DNA from: Orbicella franksi
Taxonomy: Eukaryota
Length of the DNA stretch: 64,000 nt
Direction: 5' to 3'
Assembly (NCBI GenBank): GCA_964199315.1
Contig: OZ116708.1
Location: 6,324,001-6,388,000 of the forward strand
The notes beneath the pieces were generated by a model. That model saw only the letters and a program-made list of their open reading frames with translations, was not told where the DNA came from and did no database searches. Both the position numbers and the translations under genes were made by a program. Below are positions 62,690 through 64,000 of this stretch, in pieces; the stretch's first letter is position 1; every line of letters begins with the position of its first letter.

Positions 62690-63610
62690 TCAGTTCAACG
62701 ATAATTGCCCATCTAACAACTATATTCCATGTTGCTGTGCGTCTGTTTTGTAATAGATCACAGTGCGGTCAAAGTGCGGCAAGTTCTTACCACATTTTGA
62801 CGTCTTCTAAGATCCATTACTAAACAGACGCACGGGAACACGGAATTTGTTTATATGATATAGAGACAAACTGCTACAGACACAGCTTTTTTTTATTCCA
62901 AAATCTTTCAACATAACTCAAAAGCCGGCCTTTGCCCACTTTGGCAAACACAGAAAAAGCCCTTCGACGTAATCTATTGTCTAAACAAAATCAAGCAATC
63001 TCATTGGTTGCTATGCGTAGCAAAGAATTTTGATTGGTCCAGGAAAATCACGCCACTGTCAAACTTGACTCGAAAGTCGCTTCTCGTCGGAATGAAACTT
63101 ACAGCGAAAGCTGAAGTGAACTACGAGATCTATAAATCTTAAAGAAAATGCTGAAAAAGTCAAGTCAGTTTTTCAAATCAGAGTAGCGCTGTGAGCCGAA
63201 AAGCTTGGAAATTGCCTTGATAAATGCAGGAGTTGAAAAAATACGCTTGGAAAACTTGCGGTTGCGGTCAACACTGGACGCCATTGGATTCGAGTTTTGA
63301 ACGAAAATAGTGTTAAGGGTGACAGTGGAAGTTTGTGTCCTCTGTGGTTGGGGATTCTCAAATCAGTTTGACATAGTGTAAGATAACCATATATCTGCGA
63401 TACAGTTGGCCGTGAGCTGTAGAGCTATACTTTGTTCGCTGCTGTGCCCTGAAACGGACTGGAACATTCGCGTCGGAAAGCAAGGTTATGTGGTTATTTT
63501 AATTGACGTGTCAACAATGATTTTGAGACTGAGAATTTTTTTAATAAATTAATGTCATATTTTTTTCTTTTGTTTTTACATTGGGTCTTTTAAGCAATGG
63601 TTTCTTACCT
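62690..63610. mobile_element. Dispersed non-coding repeat, probable non-autonomous DNA element in an intron of the plus-strand gene
   Basis: No domain exon is found here. The sequence (AAGCAATCTCATTGGTTGCTATGCGTAGCAAAGAA...) resembles a high-copy coral repeat from memory; not verified. Confidence 0.45.
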
Positions 63611-64000
63611 TGACCAATTTTGTGTTTGGTTTAGTCTCGCTCGACTGCCGAGGGAGACTACCTGAGTATTTTTTCTGCGTCATTTTTGCTAAAAAAGAAG
63701 CATTTTATATCTTCTTCCTGCCTCTCGTACCTGTCCAATGCCTCGTCAAGACTTTCGTGCACCTACCTTATCTTTCACCCGGTCACGTAAAATGTTATCT
63801 AAATTCTCAAAAATTTCCGCCATTTTAAAACAAAGAGGGAAAAACGTTTTAATGATGATGTCAATCGCGCGTATGTCCTCTAATAGGTCACCCGCGAGAA
63901 CCAATCAAAATGCGAGAATAATTTGCGTTATTATATAAATTTGCATAATGTATAAGACATTGAGTTGCTTGCGACAATGTGATAAATTAAATGATTATGA

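Overview
AT-rich animal genomic DNA, most likely an anthozoan (stony coral), judged from the intron-rich genes and the repeat families I recall from coral genomes. All domain calls are by eye from motifs; no HMM or BLAST was run. (1) 1-16.5 kb: a decayed minus-strand LINE (L2/Crack/CR1 group). Its ORF1 is split by a 12,355-bp CACTA/EnSpm-type DNA transposon (3812-16166; CACTG termini, TTC target-site duplication). The transposon carries two divergently transcribed spliced genes: a 10-exon transposase with three lesions, and a 5-exon SAM-domain accessory gene that may be intact. (2) 18.2-40.7 kb, minus: a 27-exon type I membrane protein of about 2180 aa (signal peptide, 3x YWTD propeller+EGF, 9 sushi, 4 HYR, a membrane-proximal domain, GCC2/3 repeat, TM, tyrosine-motif tail). 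(3) 43.2 kb to beyond the window end, plus: a head-to-head partner gene (signal peptide, TSP1, Ca-EGF, 10 sushi, 5 HYR so far) with the same sushi/HYR stalk order but a different head. Each gene has a kappaB-consensus site upstream. Introns contain many palindromic MITEs, tRNA-derived SINEs, a 3.6-kb long-inverted-repeat element and a gapped 8-mer tandem array. The best candidates for an undescribed system are the head-swapped receptor pair and the SAM-carrying CACTA element.
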